Assembly: GCA_963750165.1 (NCBI GenBank)
Contig: CAVVPN010000003.1
Span: 1,568,001 to 1,632,000 of the forward strand
From: an uncultured Gemmataceae bacterium
GTDB taxonomy: Bacteria; Planctomycetota; Planctomycetia; Gemmatales; Gemmataceae
Length of the DNA: 64,000 bases
Direction of reading: 5' to 3'
Positions 42,476 to 51,401 of this stretch are shown here, in pieces (the first letter of the stretch is position 1; each line of letters starts with the position of its first letter). The notes under the pieces are model-generated. The model did no database searches. It was not told the origin of the DNA and was given only the letters and a program-made list of their open reading frames with translations. A program made the translations under genes and the position numbers.

Positions 42476-45400
42476 TCAACCCCGCTGCAACATCTGCCGC
42501 ACCCCCGCGAAGTCGCCATCGACGATCTGCTCGAATCCGATGGGGTGCAGCACGTCGGCGATATGCGCCAGCATGTCGCCCACATCCACGATCCACCGGC
42601 TCATCTTCACCAGCAGCATGCCGTCCTGCATGCCCAGCAGGTTGTCGTTGCGCAGCTGCAGCAGGGCGTCCAGTTCGCCCTTCCAGTGCCGCGTGTGGGC
42701 GGCCCGCTCGCGGATGCTGCCGATGCGGGCGTCCTCCAGCGTCAGCGGCAGGATGCGCCGCAAGAACTCCTCCGCCTGACTGCGGCTGTACTGGTAGATG
42801 CCGTGCAGTTCACTCATGCAGAACACCGACCGCAGATATTTTTCGCTCAGCACCACGACTACCCGGTCACCGCGCGTGAGCGCGTGCATGAATTTCGAGA
42901 TGCGCTCGCCGCGGCGCATGGCGTCCTTGTCGCGGATGACCTCGTAGTCCCACGACCGCAGCCGTGCGCACAGGCGCTCAACCACCTCCTCGCGCTGCCG
43001 GCCCGCCGCGGTCGTGTCCTCACCCCAGGCGTAGGAAATGAACACCTGCGGTTTGCCGGCCCGCACGACCACCGATGGTTCGACGATCTCCAGGTCCTCG
43101 ATGCCGCCCCGCGCCGCGTCCGGCGCGGGCTGCTGCCGCTCCGGCGTGCGCGTCACCTCCGGCGGTTGGCCGACGGCCACCTCGAGCAGCGTCTTGAGCA
43201 CGCTCTCCACCAGGTCCGCCGCCTGCTCGCCCCACGCGGACAGGGTGACCTCCCCGGCCCACGGCTGCTCCGGCCCCAGCCCCTGCCGGCTCTGGATCAG
43301 CAGTTTGCAGCGGGTCTTCTGCTCCCAGAAGCGGCAGCCGTACTTCCAGTACACCGCGGCGTCGCGCCCCTGTTCGCCGACCCTCGACAGGAACGTGCGC
43401 AGGATGCCCTCGTGCAGGAAGCCGAAGCGGGCCGTCGCCGCGGCCGTCGGCGGCGTCTCCGGCACCCAGCCGGCCAGCTGGTCCTGCACGCCGCGATCCG
43501 CGAAGTCCGGCAGCAGGTCCGGGGCGGCGTAGTCCCACACCGCATCACGCCCCGGCGCGGCCAGGTTGCGGACCCGGAAGCAGATGCCGCAGCTTAGCAT
43601 CATGCCGAGGAAGGTTTCCTGCTCGGCGTCGCTGTAGTCCTGCCAGACGAGCTGGGCCAGTGTCTGGCGGACGAAGCGGCCGTCGCGGAACAGGTACGGC
43701 AGGGTGCGCTGGCGGTCGAACAGCGTGTAGATCGCCTGCAGTGCCCAGCTCTGATCCAGGATGATGCGGTCCTCGAACAGGCCGCGGCGGTAGAACACCA
43801 CGCCGCTGCGGTGCAGGAACTCCAGCAGCGCCGCCGGGTCGCTGACCTTGCCCGTCTCCTGGCACAGGGCCTGGAACTCGTCCTGGGTGAGGGTGCGGTG
43901 TCGGCGCTGGGCGGGCGGCCGGACCTGGTCCTCCTCCAGCATGGCCCGCAGCCGCTCGCGCACCTCCGCCCGCCCCGCCCCGATCTGCCGCAGCGGCCGC
44001 CGGTGCAACAGGTGCTGCACCGCTTGCTTGAGGTGGCCCACCAGGGCGTCCAGCCCGTAGTCGGTTTTGGCGCTGAACTCCAGGAACTTGCGAGAGCGGA
44101 AATCCTTCACGGGTACATCGGGCTGCGGCCGGCATTGTTCGGGGCCGTCGCACTGGCTCTGGACGACCAGGACCGGGCTGACGGTGCCGGCCAGGCGGCG
44201 GACGTAATCGAGCCAGTAGGCCAGGGGGTGATGGCGCATCTCCACGCCCTTCTCGACCGTGCCGCCCGTCTCGTGGTCCGGCGTCCACAGGAGGACGAAG
44301 ACCGCGTGCCCCTGCAGGAAGAGGGCGTGCGTGCCGTGGTAGACGTCCTGGCCGCCGAAGTCCCAGAAGCGGACATGCACGGGGCGGTCGCGCCCGGTCA
44401 GGGTTAGCTCGAAGTCGTGGAGTTCCACGCCGTGCGTGGTGGGGACGTTGTTGGGGTCGGGGTCGTACGGCAGCCCGCGCAGGCGGCGGCACAGCTGCGT
44501 CTTGCCGACGCCGCCGTTACCCAGGACGAAGAGTTTGACTTCCGCGTCCTCGGCGGCACCGTGTTCCAGGTCGGCGTAATGGGCTTTCACCTGGTCGAGG
44601 ACATTCTCGTGTGATGCTTGGCCACAGACTTCTTCCGGCAAGTCGTTGAAATGACAATCGAAGAGACGCAGTTCCTGGAGTTTGGGGAACAATTGATGGA
44701 ACCTGTCAAAGACGCGAAGTTTGTCACACCGGCACAGGTCGAGGGACTGGAGGTTGACCAGGGCCGCCAGCGGGGCCACGTCGGCCACGCCGGTGCTCTC
44801 CAGGTCGAGGGATTGGAGGTTGGTCAGGGCCGCCAGCGGGGCCACGTCGGCCACGCCGGTGCTCTCCAGGTCGAGGGACTGGAGGTTGGTCAGGGCCGCC
44901 AGCGGGGCCACGTCGGTCACGCCGGTGCTGGCCAGGTCGAGGGACTGGAGGTTGGCCAGGGCCGCCAGCGGCGCCACGTCGGTCACGCCGCGGCAGTTGC
45001 TGAGGTCGAGGGACTGGAGGTTGGCCAGGGCCGCCAGCGGCGCCACGTCGGTCACGCCGCGGCAATAGCTGAGGTCGAGGGACTGGAGGTTGGCCAGGGC
45101 CGCCAGCGGCGCCACGTCGGTCACGCCGGTGCTGGCCAGGTAGAGGGACTGGAGGTTGGCCAGGGCCGCCAGCGGCGCCACGTCGGTCACGCCGGTGCTG
45201 GCCAGGTAGAGGGACTGGAGGTTGGCCAGGGCCGCCAGCGGCGCCACGTCGGCCACGCCGGTGCTCTCCAGGTCGAGGGACTGGAGGTTGGCCAGGGCCG
45301 CCAGCGGCGCCACGTCGGCCACGCCGCGGCAGAAGCTGAGGTCGAGGGACTGGAGGTTGGCCAGGGCCGCCAGCGGCGCCACGTCGGTCACGCCGGTGCT

Positions 45401-46228
45401 GGCCAGGTAGAGGGACTGGAGGTTGGCCAGGGCCGCCAGCGGCGCCACGTCGGTCACGCCGCGGCAATAGCTGAGGTTGAGGGACTGGAGGTTGGCCAGG
45501 GCCGCCAGCGGCGCCACATCGGCCACCCCGGTGCTGTCCAGGTCGAGGGACTGGAGGTTGGCCAGGGCCGCCAGCGGCGCCACGTCGCTCACGCCGCGGC
45601 AGTAGCCGAGGTTGAGGGACTGGAGGTTGGCCAGGGCCGCCAGCGGCGCCACGTCGCTCACGCCGCGGCAGTAGCCGAGGTTGAGGGACTGGAGGTTGGC
45701 CAGGGCCGCCAGCGGCGCCACGTCGGTCACGCCGGTGTCGGTCAGGTCGAGGGACTGGAGGTTGGCCAGGGCCGCCAGCGGCGCCACATCGGCCACCCCG
45801 GTGCTGTTCAAGAAGAGGGACTGGAGGTTAGTGAGGGCCGCCAGCGGCACCACGTCTTTAATTTCCGTGCAGCCAGTCAGACTGATTCGCTCAAGCTGCG
45901 TTAGGGTTCCAAGAATGCTCAGGTCGGAGATGCCTTGCGCTTCCAAGTACCAGCAATGGCCCTGGGCGTCACCCGGTTGGGTTCCAAGAATGCTCAGGTC
46001 GGAGATGCCTTGCGCTGGTCGATTCGGATCCCATTCCCAATCAACACCGTCCTTGCCAATGCGAGGCGACCATTGCCCCAGCGCCAACACTCTCAGTTCC
46101 GTGAGGCTCCCCAACTCCTCGGGCAACGCATCGAGCGGCAAATCGCCAAGGTCGAGAACCTGGGCATGTTCCGCACGCGCCGCGGCGATGCGGCGCACGG
46201 CTTCCCGGTGGGCTTCTTCAGGCGACAT
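42476..46228 (-). CDS. Roco protein: LRR - Roc GTPase - COR - TIR
   Basis: LRR array; GNGGVGKT, TTHG, WDFGGQDVYHGTH and FSAK; COR (FLHRSGVVFY); TIR (VFISYAW...VVVVLSEKYLRSVFCMSEL). Confidence 0.93.
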   Translation of the reverse strand: MSPEEAHREAVRRIAAARAEHAQVLDLGDLPLDALPEELGSLTELRVLALGQWSPRIGKDGVDWEWDPNRPAQGISDLSILGTQPGDAQGHCWYLEAQGISDLSILGTLTQLERISLTGCTEIKDVVPLAALTNLQSLFLNSTGVADVAPLAALANLQSLDLTDTGVTDVAPLAALANLQSLNLGYCRGVSDVAPLAALANLQSLNLGYCRGVSDVAPLAALANLQSLDLDSTGVADVAPLAALANLQSLNLSYCRGVTDVAPLAALANLQSLYLASTGVTDVAPLAALANLQSLDLSFCRGVADVAPLAALANLQSLDLESTGVADVAPLAALANLQSLYLASTGVTDVAPLAALANLQSLYLASTGVTDVAPLAALANLQSLDLSYCRGVTDVAPLAALANLQSLDLSNCRGVTDVAPLAALANLQSLDLASTGVTDVAPLAALTNLQSLDLESTGVADVAPLAALTNLQSLDLESTGVADVAPLAALVNLQSLDLCRCDKLRVFDRFHQLFPKLQELRLFDCHFNDLPEEVCGQASHENVLDQVKAHYADLEHGAAEDAEVKLFVLGNGGVGKTQLCRRLRGLPYDPDPNNVPTTHGVELHDFELTLTGRDRPVHVRFWDFGGQDVYHGTHALFLQGHAVFVLLWTPDHETGGTVEKGVEMRHHPLAYWLDYVRRLAGTVSPVLVVQSQCDGPEQCRPQPDVPVKDFRSRKFLEFSAKTDYGLDALVGHLKQAVQHLLHRRPLRQIGAGRAEVRERLRAMLEEDQVRPPAQRRHRTLTQDEFQALCQETGKVSDPAALLEFLHRSGVVFYRRGLFEDRIILDQSWALQAIYTLFDRQRTLPYLFRDGRFVRQTLAQLVWQDYSDAEQETFLGMMLSCGICFRVRNLAAPGRDAVWDYAAPDLLPDFADRGVQDQLAGWVPETPPTAAATARFGFLHEGILRTFLSRVGEQGRDAAVYWKYGCRFWEQKTRCKLLIQSRQGLGPEQPWAGEVTLSAWGEQAADLVESVLKTLLEVAVGQPPEVTRTPERQQPAPDAARGGIEDLEIVEPSVVVRAGKPQVFISYAWGEDTTAAGRQREEVVERLCARLRSWDYEVIRDKDAMRRGERISKFMHALTRGDRVVVVLSEKYLRSVFCMSELHGIYQYSRSQAEEFLRRILPLTLEDARIGSIRERAAHTRHWKGELDALLQLRNDNLLGMQDGMLLVKMSRWIVDVGDMLAHIADVLHPIGFEQIVDGDFAGVRQMLQRG
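44735..45856 (-). repeat. Tandem array of 66/69-bp LRR-coding units
   Basis: 16 complete units (ten of 22 aa, six of 23 aa) plus partial ends, with consensus LQSLxLxx(T/CR)GVxDVAPLAALAN. Confidence 0.95.
45904..46016. repeat. Exact 38-bp direct repeat around a 37-bp insert
   Basis: GGGTTCCAAGAATGCTCAGGTCGGAGATGCCTTGCGCT at 45904-45941 and 45979-46016. Confidence 0.9.
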
Positions 46229-46262
46229 GCGGTTTTCTCCGATTCATGGTTCGGTTGCTGCT

Positions 46263-46624
46263 GTCCGGTTCGTAGTACCGGCTTTAGAGCAGTTTGCGGC
46301 TGGGTGTAGCGGTGGAGTGTGGTGGCCCTGTTACTCGGGCTGGCAGCGTGGGGCACGGGACGGCACTGGTTTCCGACACAGTGGCCCGGTGGCCCGGTGG
46401 CCCGGTGACTCTTCCGACGACCCGCTACACCCGTCCGCTCACTGCTCTAGCCGGAACCGACGCTCAGATTCCGGCTAATACGGGAGCGCCTGGAGAGTTC
46501 ATGTTCCCTGTCCGAGCCCGAGCGCCAGCGAGGTGGCAGCTGGCCCCTCGCTGGCGCTCGGGCTCGGACCCCAGACAAGAACGATCCAGGCGCTCCCGTA
46601 TAAAGCCGGCACTACGAACCGGAC
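46263..46624. repeat. 24-bp inverted repeats enclosing a (GTGGCCCG)-type tandem and a hairpin at 46510-46569
   Basis: GTCCGGTTCGTAGTACCGGCTTTA (46263-46286) pairs with 46601-46624, one mismatch. An 18-nt direct copy lies at 40761. Confidence 0.8.
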
Positions 46625-47732
46625 GCCAGCATCCGGACTCTGTACGAGATGACGCGATGCGGTCCAGCCGTGGACACCTCATGGTACTGGCTCGCCACCC
46701 CGCCCGACAACGCCCCGGGCGCTGCTTCTTCCGCCCCGCCGGCAGCGGCTCCTCGGGGCACCAGCGCCGCGCCTCGGTGCGCAGCAGCCCTAGAAACACC
46801 TGCGCCGGCTCGGACAGGTCCAGCTCGCCCTCCGCGGTGGGGTGCTGGCGACAGATGAGCCGGACCACGTTCGGCGGCGCGAGGTCCGGGTGCAGGTCGC
46901 GCACCAGCAGCCCGCCGCGGTGCCGCGCCACCAGCGACCGCGGCAACAGCGCCACCCCCAGCTCCTTGCGCACGTAGCGGTCCACCGTCGGCCAGCCGCC
47001 CAGCTCCAGCACCACCCGCACCTTCTCCAGCACGCCCGCCGCCCGCAGCCTGCCGTTGAACGCCTGGCGCAGACTCGACTGGGCGTCCGGCAGGATCAGC
47101 GGGAACCCGAGCAGGTGCTCGGCCGTCACGGCGGGGCCTTTCGGCAGTCGCTCGAACGCCGCCGCGCTCGGCCCCCGGTCGGCGCACACCAGCTGCAGCG
47201 GGTCCGAGAACAGTTGCTCCACGTGCAGCTCGCGGCGGGCCAGCCGGTGGATGCGCGCCTCGTCGTCGGTGACCGCGGCGAGGTCGAGCACGCCGAGGGC
47301 CACCCGGCGGATGCGCGACTTGCCGCGCAGCACCGACACGCGCAGCGGTGCCGTCGGGCGCTCGCGGACGAAGGCGGTGACGGCCTCCAGGACGAAGCCG
47401 CCGACCGCCTCGTGACCGCAGGCGAAGCGCACCGCCGCGGGCCGGCCGCTGTGGACGTAGCCGGTGAAGTCCTGCCACCAGCGGACGGCTTCCTCGATGG
47501 CGGGCAGCAGGTCGCGGCCCTCCTGCGTGAGGACGAAGCGTTTGCCTTTTTTTTCGAGCCAGGGCCGCGGCAATTCCGTGCTGGCGTGCTGCAGCGGCTT
47601 GAGCCGCTTCGACATGCTGGCCTGGTTGATGTTGAGGTCTCTGGCCGCGACCGTGGCGTTGCCGTGGGCCGCCAGCAGCGCCAGGAGCGTGCGGCAACTT
47701 TCGGGGCTGAGCGGGATGGACGTGCGTGGCAT
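46464..47732 (-). CDS. LysR-family regulator (C-terminus probably extended by read-through into repeats)
   Basis: HTH AARDLNINQASMSKRL, LTQEGRDL, FPLILPDAQSSLRQ and LGVALLP. Similarity ends near 46760. Confidence 0.85.
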   Translation of the reverse strand: MPRTSIPLSPESCRTLLALLAAHGNATVAARDLNINQASMSKRLKPLQHASTELPRPWLEKKGKRFVLTQEGRDLLPAIEEAVRWWQDFTGYVHSGRPAAVRFACGHEAVGGFVLEAVTAFVRERPTAPLRVSVLRGKSRIRRVALGVLDLAAVTDDEARIHRLARRELHVEQLFSDPLQLVCADRGPSAAAFERLPKGPAVTAEHLLGFPLILPDAQSSLRQAFNGRLRAAGVLEKVRVVLELGGWPTVDRYVRKELGVALLPRSLVARHRGGLLVRDLHPDLAPPNVVRLICRQHPTAEGELDLSEPAQVFLGLLRTEARRWCPEEPLPAGRKKQRPGRCRAGWRASTMRCPRLDRIASSRTESGCWRPVRSAGFIRERLDRSCLGSEPERQRGASCHLAGARARTGNMNSPGAPVLAGI

Positions 47733-47830
47733 GGTCACCCATCCGTATCATGAACAATGGCGAACGTTATGGATTTTCATTCTTCATGCCATATTACACC
47801 CCACCGCCGCCGCAGACAACGCCGCCCGCG

Positions 47831-50092
47831 TCATTTCCGCCCGCCGCACCCCCCGACCGGCCCCGGTTGGATGCTCTCCCAGGTCGCATGGCCGGCGAAC
47901 AACACGTCCACCAGCCGGCCCAGTTCCTTCTGATCGAGCACGTGCCACAGCCGGCAAAGTTGGTGGTACGCGGCCTGCACGGGTTGCACAGTCGCGCCGG
48001 AGTGGTCCAGGGCGTTCTGATAAAACTCAAACGCTTCCGCATACTTGCCCAGAACCAGGGCCGCCTCGCCTTCGGTCGCGAACACCCAGAACGTGTCCTC
48101 GCGTTTCAGAATGTCCGGTCGCCAGCACAACTCGGCCACGCGCCTGGCGAGTCGGGTCGCCCGCGGCGCCTCACCGAGCAGCAGCGCCAGTGACGCCGCG
48201 TTGACCCCGGGGTAGTAATCGTCGGTCAGCTCGAACGCCTCCTCATAGACCAGCAGGGCCATGTGATACTGCTGCCATGCCGGCGAGCCCTGCGGCACTC
48301 CGCCACTCTCCTTATCCACCCGATACCACTTCCCCCACGCCGCGTCCCCCGCGTTCTTGTAGGTGCGTCCCAGCCGGCTCAGCGTCTCATGGTCGCCGAA
48401 GACCTTGCACCCTTCCTGGAAGCCAAGGACCAGCTTCTGGGCTTCCGCGCCTTTGCCCACCTCGGAGAGTAACAGGGCGTATTCCTGCTCCAGCGGCACC
48501 GCATGGCTGAACAACGGCCGGTACACTTCGAGCAACTTCAGCCCCTGCGCGGCCTTGCCCTCCTGCCAGAGACGATGGGCCTGGAACAGCGGCACACGGT
48601 AGCAGGGGCAGAGAACCGCCTCGTCCTGCGGCGGCTGCGCCATCAGATCGCGGAGGCTCTGCTGCGTCGTGGTGAGTCGGGCCGCCGCCACCCCGGCCGC
48701 GACCAGCGCACACTCGGCCGCCTGCGGTTCGTAGTCCCACTTCACGCTCATCAACCCGTAGACGGTCAGGGCGAAGTAATACTCCTCGCGCCAGTCGTAC
48801 ATCCGGCTGCGGTCGTGTCCCAGGACCAGGGCTGCCTCCTGCCGGATGCGCAGCAGGATTTCCAGCAACCGATCCAGCGTCTGCTCGTTCAGCACGCCAC
48901 GGCCGCCCGGCGGTTCGCGGCGTGCGGCGTCATCGCGGCTCAGGATCTGCTCGGTGCGCTCCGCCAGCTGTCGCTCGAAGAAGTACGCGAACTCCAGCCG
49001 ATCCGCCCGCCGCCCCCGGTCGGTATTGCTGGCCGGCCCGGTTCGCTTCCGCGCCGAGTCGTGTAGCAGCCGGTCGCGGATTTTCGGCTCGCGGTACAGT
49101 TTCGTCAGCATCCGGACCTTCAGCTCGGTCTCCAGTTTGACGAAATCCCAGACGATGACGTTATCCGGCCGCATCGTGCCATAGTCGATGATGACCGGGT
49201 ACTGTGCCTCCTCGCGTTCGACGCCGAGCAGGATGTTGCGGCCGTGCAGGTCGCCGTGCGACCGGCCGACCAGCGTCTCGGGCAGGGTGTTGGTGTCCAG
49301 GGCCCAGCGCACGTAGCTCACCGGGTCCAGGTAGGTCGGCACCAGGTCGGCGAGGTTTTCGGGCCGCTCCTTGCCGCACAGCAGCCAGATGGCGTCGCGG
49401 CGCAGTGCCACCGGGTCCGGCCGCCGCGCCCCGCCGGTGCAGCACCATTTCGTCAGCACCCGGTCCACTTCCGCCTTCGCCCCGGTCAAGAGTTTGCCTT
49501 CGTAGAACGCCCGGCCGCGATCGTCGGTCAGTCTGCCGTCGGCGTAGAACCAGCGGCCGAGGTCGGTGAAAAGATGGCAGATCACCCGCTCCACCGACAC
49601 CGGATCGGGGTTGTCTTTCACGGCCCATTCGACCACGGTTTCCAGGGTTTCGACGCGAGTTTTTTCGCCGTAGCCGCCGAACAGCATGTAGGCGTCCCGG
49701 TAGATCACTGCGAACCGGTCGGTTTTGGGCAACCGGTCGTCTTTGGACAAATCGTAGGGCCGCGGCGCATGAAGGATGCGGCTGGCCACGTCGCGGCCGG
49801 CGGTGCAGGCGTTCCAGCCGGTCCAGTCCGATTCGACCTTCTCCTTGCGGCCGATCTTGACGATGTGCGACTCGAAGCCGTCGTCGAAGCGCACGCCGAC
49901 GCCGAGCACCACCGACTTGCTGATGTCGGGCGCATAGCCGGTGAAGGAGCGCGACACGGTGATGGCCCGGGCGGGGCGCTGCTCGTCCCGGGTGAAAATG
50001 GCGGCCAGTTCGGGCCGCAGCACGTCCTTGAAGGCGTCGGGGATCTCCCGCGCGGCCGGTTCCACGAATTCGACCAGGTGACGTTCGGCCAT
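47831..50092 (-). CDS. APH/protein-kinase-like domain fused to TPR-S (DUF4071 / MAP3K TRAF-binding-like) domain, 753 aa
   Basis: AAGGAGG RBS; HIVKIG, HGDLHGRNILL, IIDYG and DFVKLETE; C-terminal ETLSRLGRTYK, YYPGVNAASL and FWVFATEGEA. Confidence 0.8.
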   Translation of the reverse strand: MAERHLVEFVEPAAREIPDAFKDVLRPELAAIFTRDEQRPARAITVSRSFTGYAPDISKSVVLGVGVRFDDGFESHIVKIGRKEKVESDWTGWNACTAGRDVASRILHAPRPYDLSKDDRLPKTDRFAVIYRDAYMLFGGYGEKTRVETLETVVEWAVKDNPDPVSVERVICHLFTDLGRWFYADGRLTDDRGRAFYEGKLLTGAKAEVDRVLTKWCCTGGARRPDPVALRRDAIWLLCGKERPENLADLVPTYLDPVSYVRWALDTNTLPETLVGRSHGDLHGRNILLGVEREEAQYPVIIDYGTMRPDNVIVWDFVKLETELKVRMLTKLYREPKIRDRLLHDSARKRTGPASNTDRGRRADRLEFAYFFERQLAERTEQILSRDDAARREPPGGRGVLNEQTLDRLLEILLRIRQEAALVLGHDRSRMYDWREEYYFALTVYGLMSVKWDYEPQAAECALVAAGVAAARLTTTQQSLRDLMAQPPQDEAVLCPCYRVPLFQAHRLWQEGKAAQGLKLLEVYRPLFSHAVPLEQEYALLLSEVGKGAEAQKLVLGFQEGCKVFGDHETLSRLGRTYKNAGDAAWGKWYRVDKESGGVPQGSPAWQQYHMALLVYEEAFELTDDYYPGVNAASLALLLGEAPRATRLARRVAELCWRPDILKREDTFWVFATEGEAALVLGKYAEAFEFYQNALDHSGATVQPVQAAYHQLCRLWHVLDQKELGRLVDVLFAGHATWESIQPGPVGGCGGRK

Positions 50093-50394
50093 TGGCGAAA
50101 CCTCCTTTGAGGTGAGAGGCGAGGCGCACATCACGATGATGGGGCGCGCCGGGCACTGGGGTTTCCCACCGCCGGGGTGGGCGATCTTGATTCCCCCATG
50201 TCGCAGCCCGATTGTACCCTGGCGAACCTCCGTGCAAACACAATTCGGCGTTCCTGTCAGGCACCACGGCCAGGAACCTGGAGAGATTGCCGATACGCGA
50301 CCGGCGCGAGTCATCGACCGCAGAACCTTCCCGTCGTGGGTTCATGCCCTCTACAATGGCGAGAGTCTCGTCGCCATGAATCCCTCGGTGCCCC

Positions 50395-51321
50395 ATGACG
50401 AACTCTGTTTCGCCGGAAGTGCTGCGCAAGGTCCGCAAGCTGGCCCAGCTGCCCGAGGAGGCGCGGCAGTGTCACTTCGCCGTGTCCATCACCCGTCTCA
50501 CCGTCCTCAAGAGCCTGTGCGCACAGCCCGACACGGCCAACCGCTTCGTGACGTACCTGGCGCGGGCCACCCGGCGGCGGGTGGAGGAAACGCCCAAACG
50601 TCCGCGGAGCCTCTCGGAGCAGGAGTGGGCGGCCCACCGCGACCTGCTCGGCCGGGCCGTCGTGGCGCTGGAGCGGTACCTGGAGCGGCCCACGGAGGAG
50701 GGTCGCGACCGGCTGCGGACGCTCTTGCGGGAGTTGATCGACGCGCAGAACGAGCACCGTCGGGTATACGGCGGGCCGGTGCGGATCATCAAGGACATGA
50801 ACCTGCTCGTGGTCGAGTACGCCGTGCGCACCGTCGTGGCCAACGCGGCCAGTGCCCCGTTCTGGGTCTACCATACGGCCCGCTGTTACGCAGAACGCTA
50901 CGACGCCCGCCACGGCACCGGCCTGACGCCGGAGTCGGCGCCGCTGGTACAGGACATCGCGGACTTCTGGCTGCAGGAGTACGGCCTCACCGCCGAGACG
51001 CTCACCGCGCCGGCGCGGTCGCGCAAGCCGCGGAAGGCAGCGGCGACGGGTGCGGCCGAGGAGCGGGTGCGGTTCACGCCGCGGCAGGGGCAGTTTTTGG
51101 CGTTCATTCACCTGTACCGCACGCTGCACCGCCGCGGACCGGCCGAGACGGACATGATGAAGTATTTTCGCGTGACGCCGCCCGCGGTCCACGACATGGT
51201 CGTCAAGCTGGAGCAACTGGGGCTGGTGACGCGCGAACCCGGGGTGGCGCGCTCCGTGCGCGTGGTGGTACCCGCCGCGGAACTGCCCGCGCTGGAGGCG
51301 GTCGAGGGGCCGGCGTGGTGA
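50395..51321 (+). CDS. Unknown helical domain fused to a LexA/MarR-like winged HTH
   Basis: C-terminal FTPRQGQFLAFI...FRVTPPAVHDMVVKLEQLGLVTREPGVARSV. Confidence 0.7.
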   Translation: MTNSVSPEVLRKVRKLAQLPEEARQCHFAVSITRLTVLKSLCAQPDTANRFVTYLARATRRRVEETPKRPRSLSEQEWAAHRDLLGRAVVALERYLERPTEEGRDRLRTLLRELIDAQNEHRRVYGGPVRIIKDMNLLVVEYAVRTVVANAASAPFWVYHTARCYAERYDARHGTGLTPESAPLVQDIADFWLQEYGLTAETLTAPARSRKPRKAAATGAAEERVRFTPRQGQFLAFIHLYRTLHRRGPAETDMMKYFRVTPPAVHDMVVKLEQLGLVTREPGVARSVRVVVPAAELPALEAVEGPAW

Positions 51322-51342
51322 TGGACCCGCCGCGGCGCTACG

Positions 51343-51401
51343 GTAGGTCCGGCGAGCCGAGCCGGACCCGCAGCGGTTGCCGCTCGGCTCGCGGCACCTA
51401 C
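51343..51401. repeat. REP-like inverted repeat at the NB-ARC truncation point
   Basis: GTAGGTCCGGCGAGCCGAGC...GCTCGGCTCGCGGCACCTAC. Confidence 0.75.

Noticed and set aside
44735..45856. CRISPR-like periodic repeats
   Set aside because: Units are multiples of 3, encode LRRs in frame, and have short recurring variable parts. No cas genes are present.
44735..45856. Diversity-generating retroelement target (variable codons are mostly NNC)
   Set aside because: There is no reverse transcriptase or template repeat in the window. NNC codons are expected from GC3 bias, and whole units recur, which fits recombination better.
45904..46016. Minimal CRISPR array (38-bp repeat, 37-bp spacer)
   Set aside because: Only two repeats, the repeat is LRR coding sequence inside a gene, and there is no leader or cas gene.
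46464..46700. Novel C-terminal domain on the LysR protein
   Set aside because: This part translates REP/inverted-repeat DNA and is best explained by a lost stop codon.
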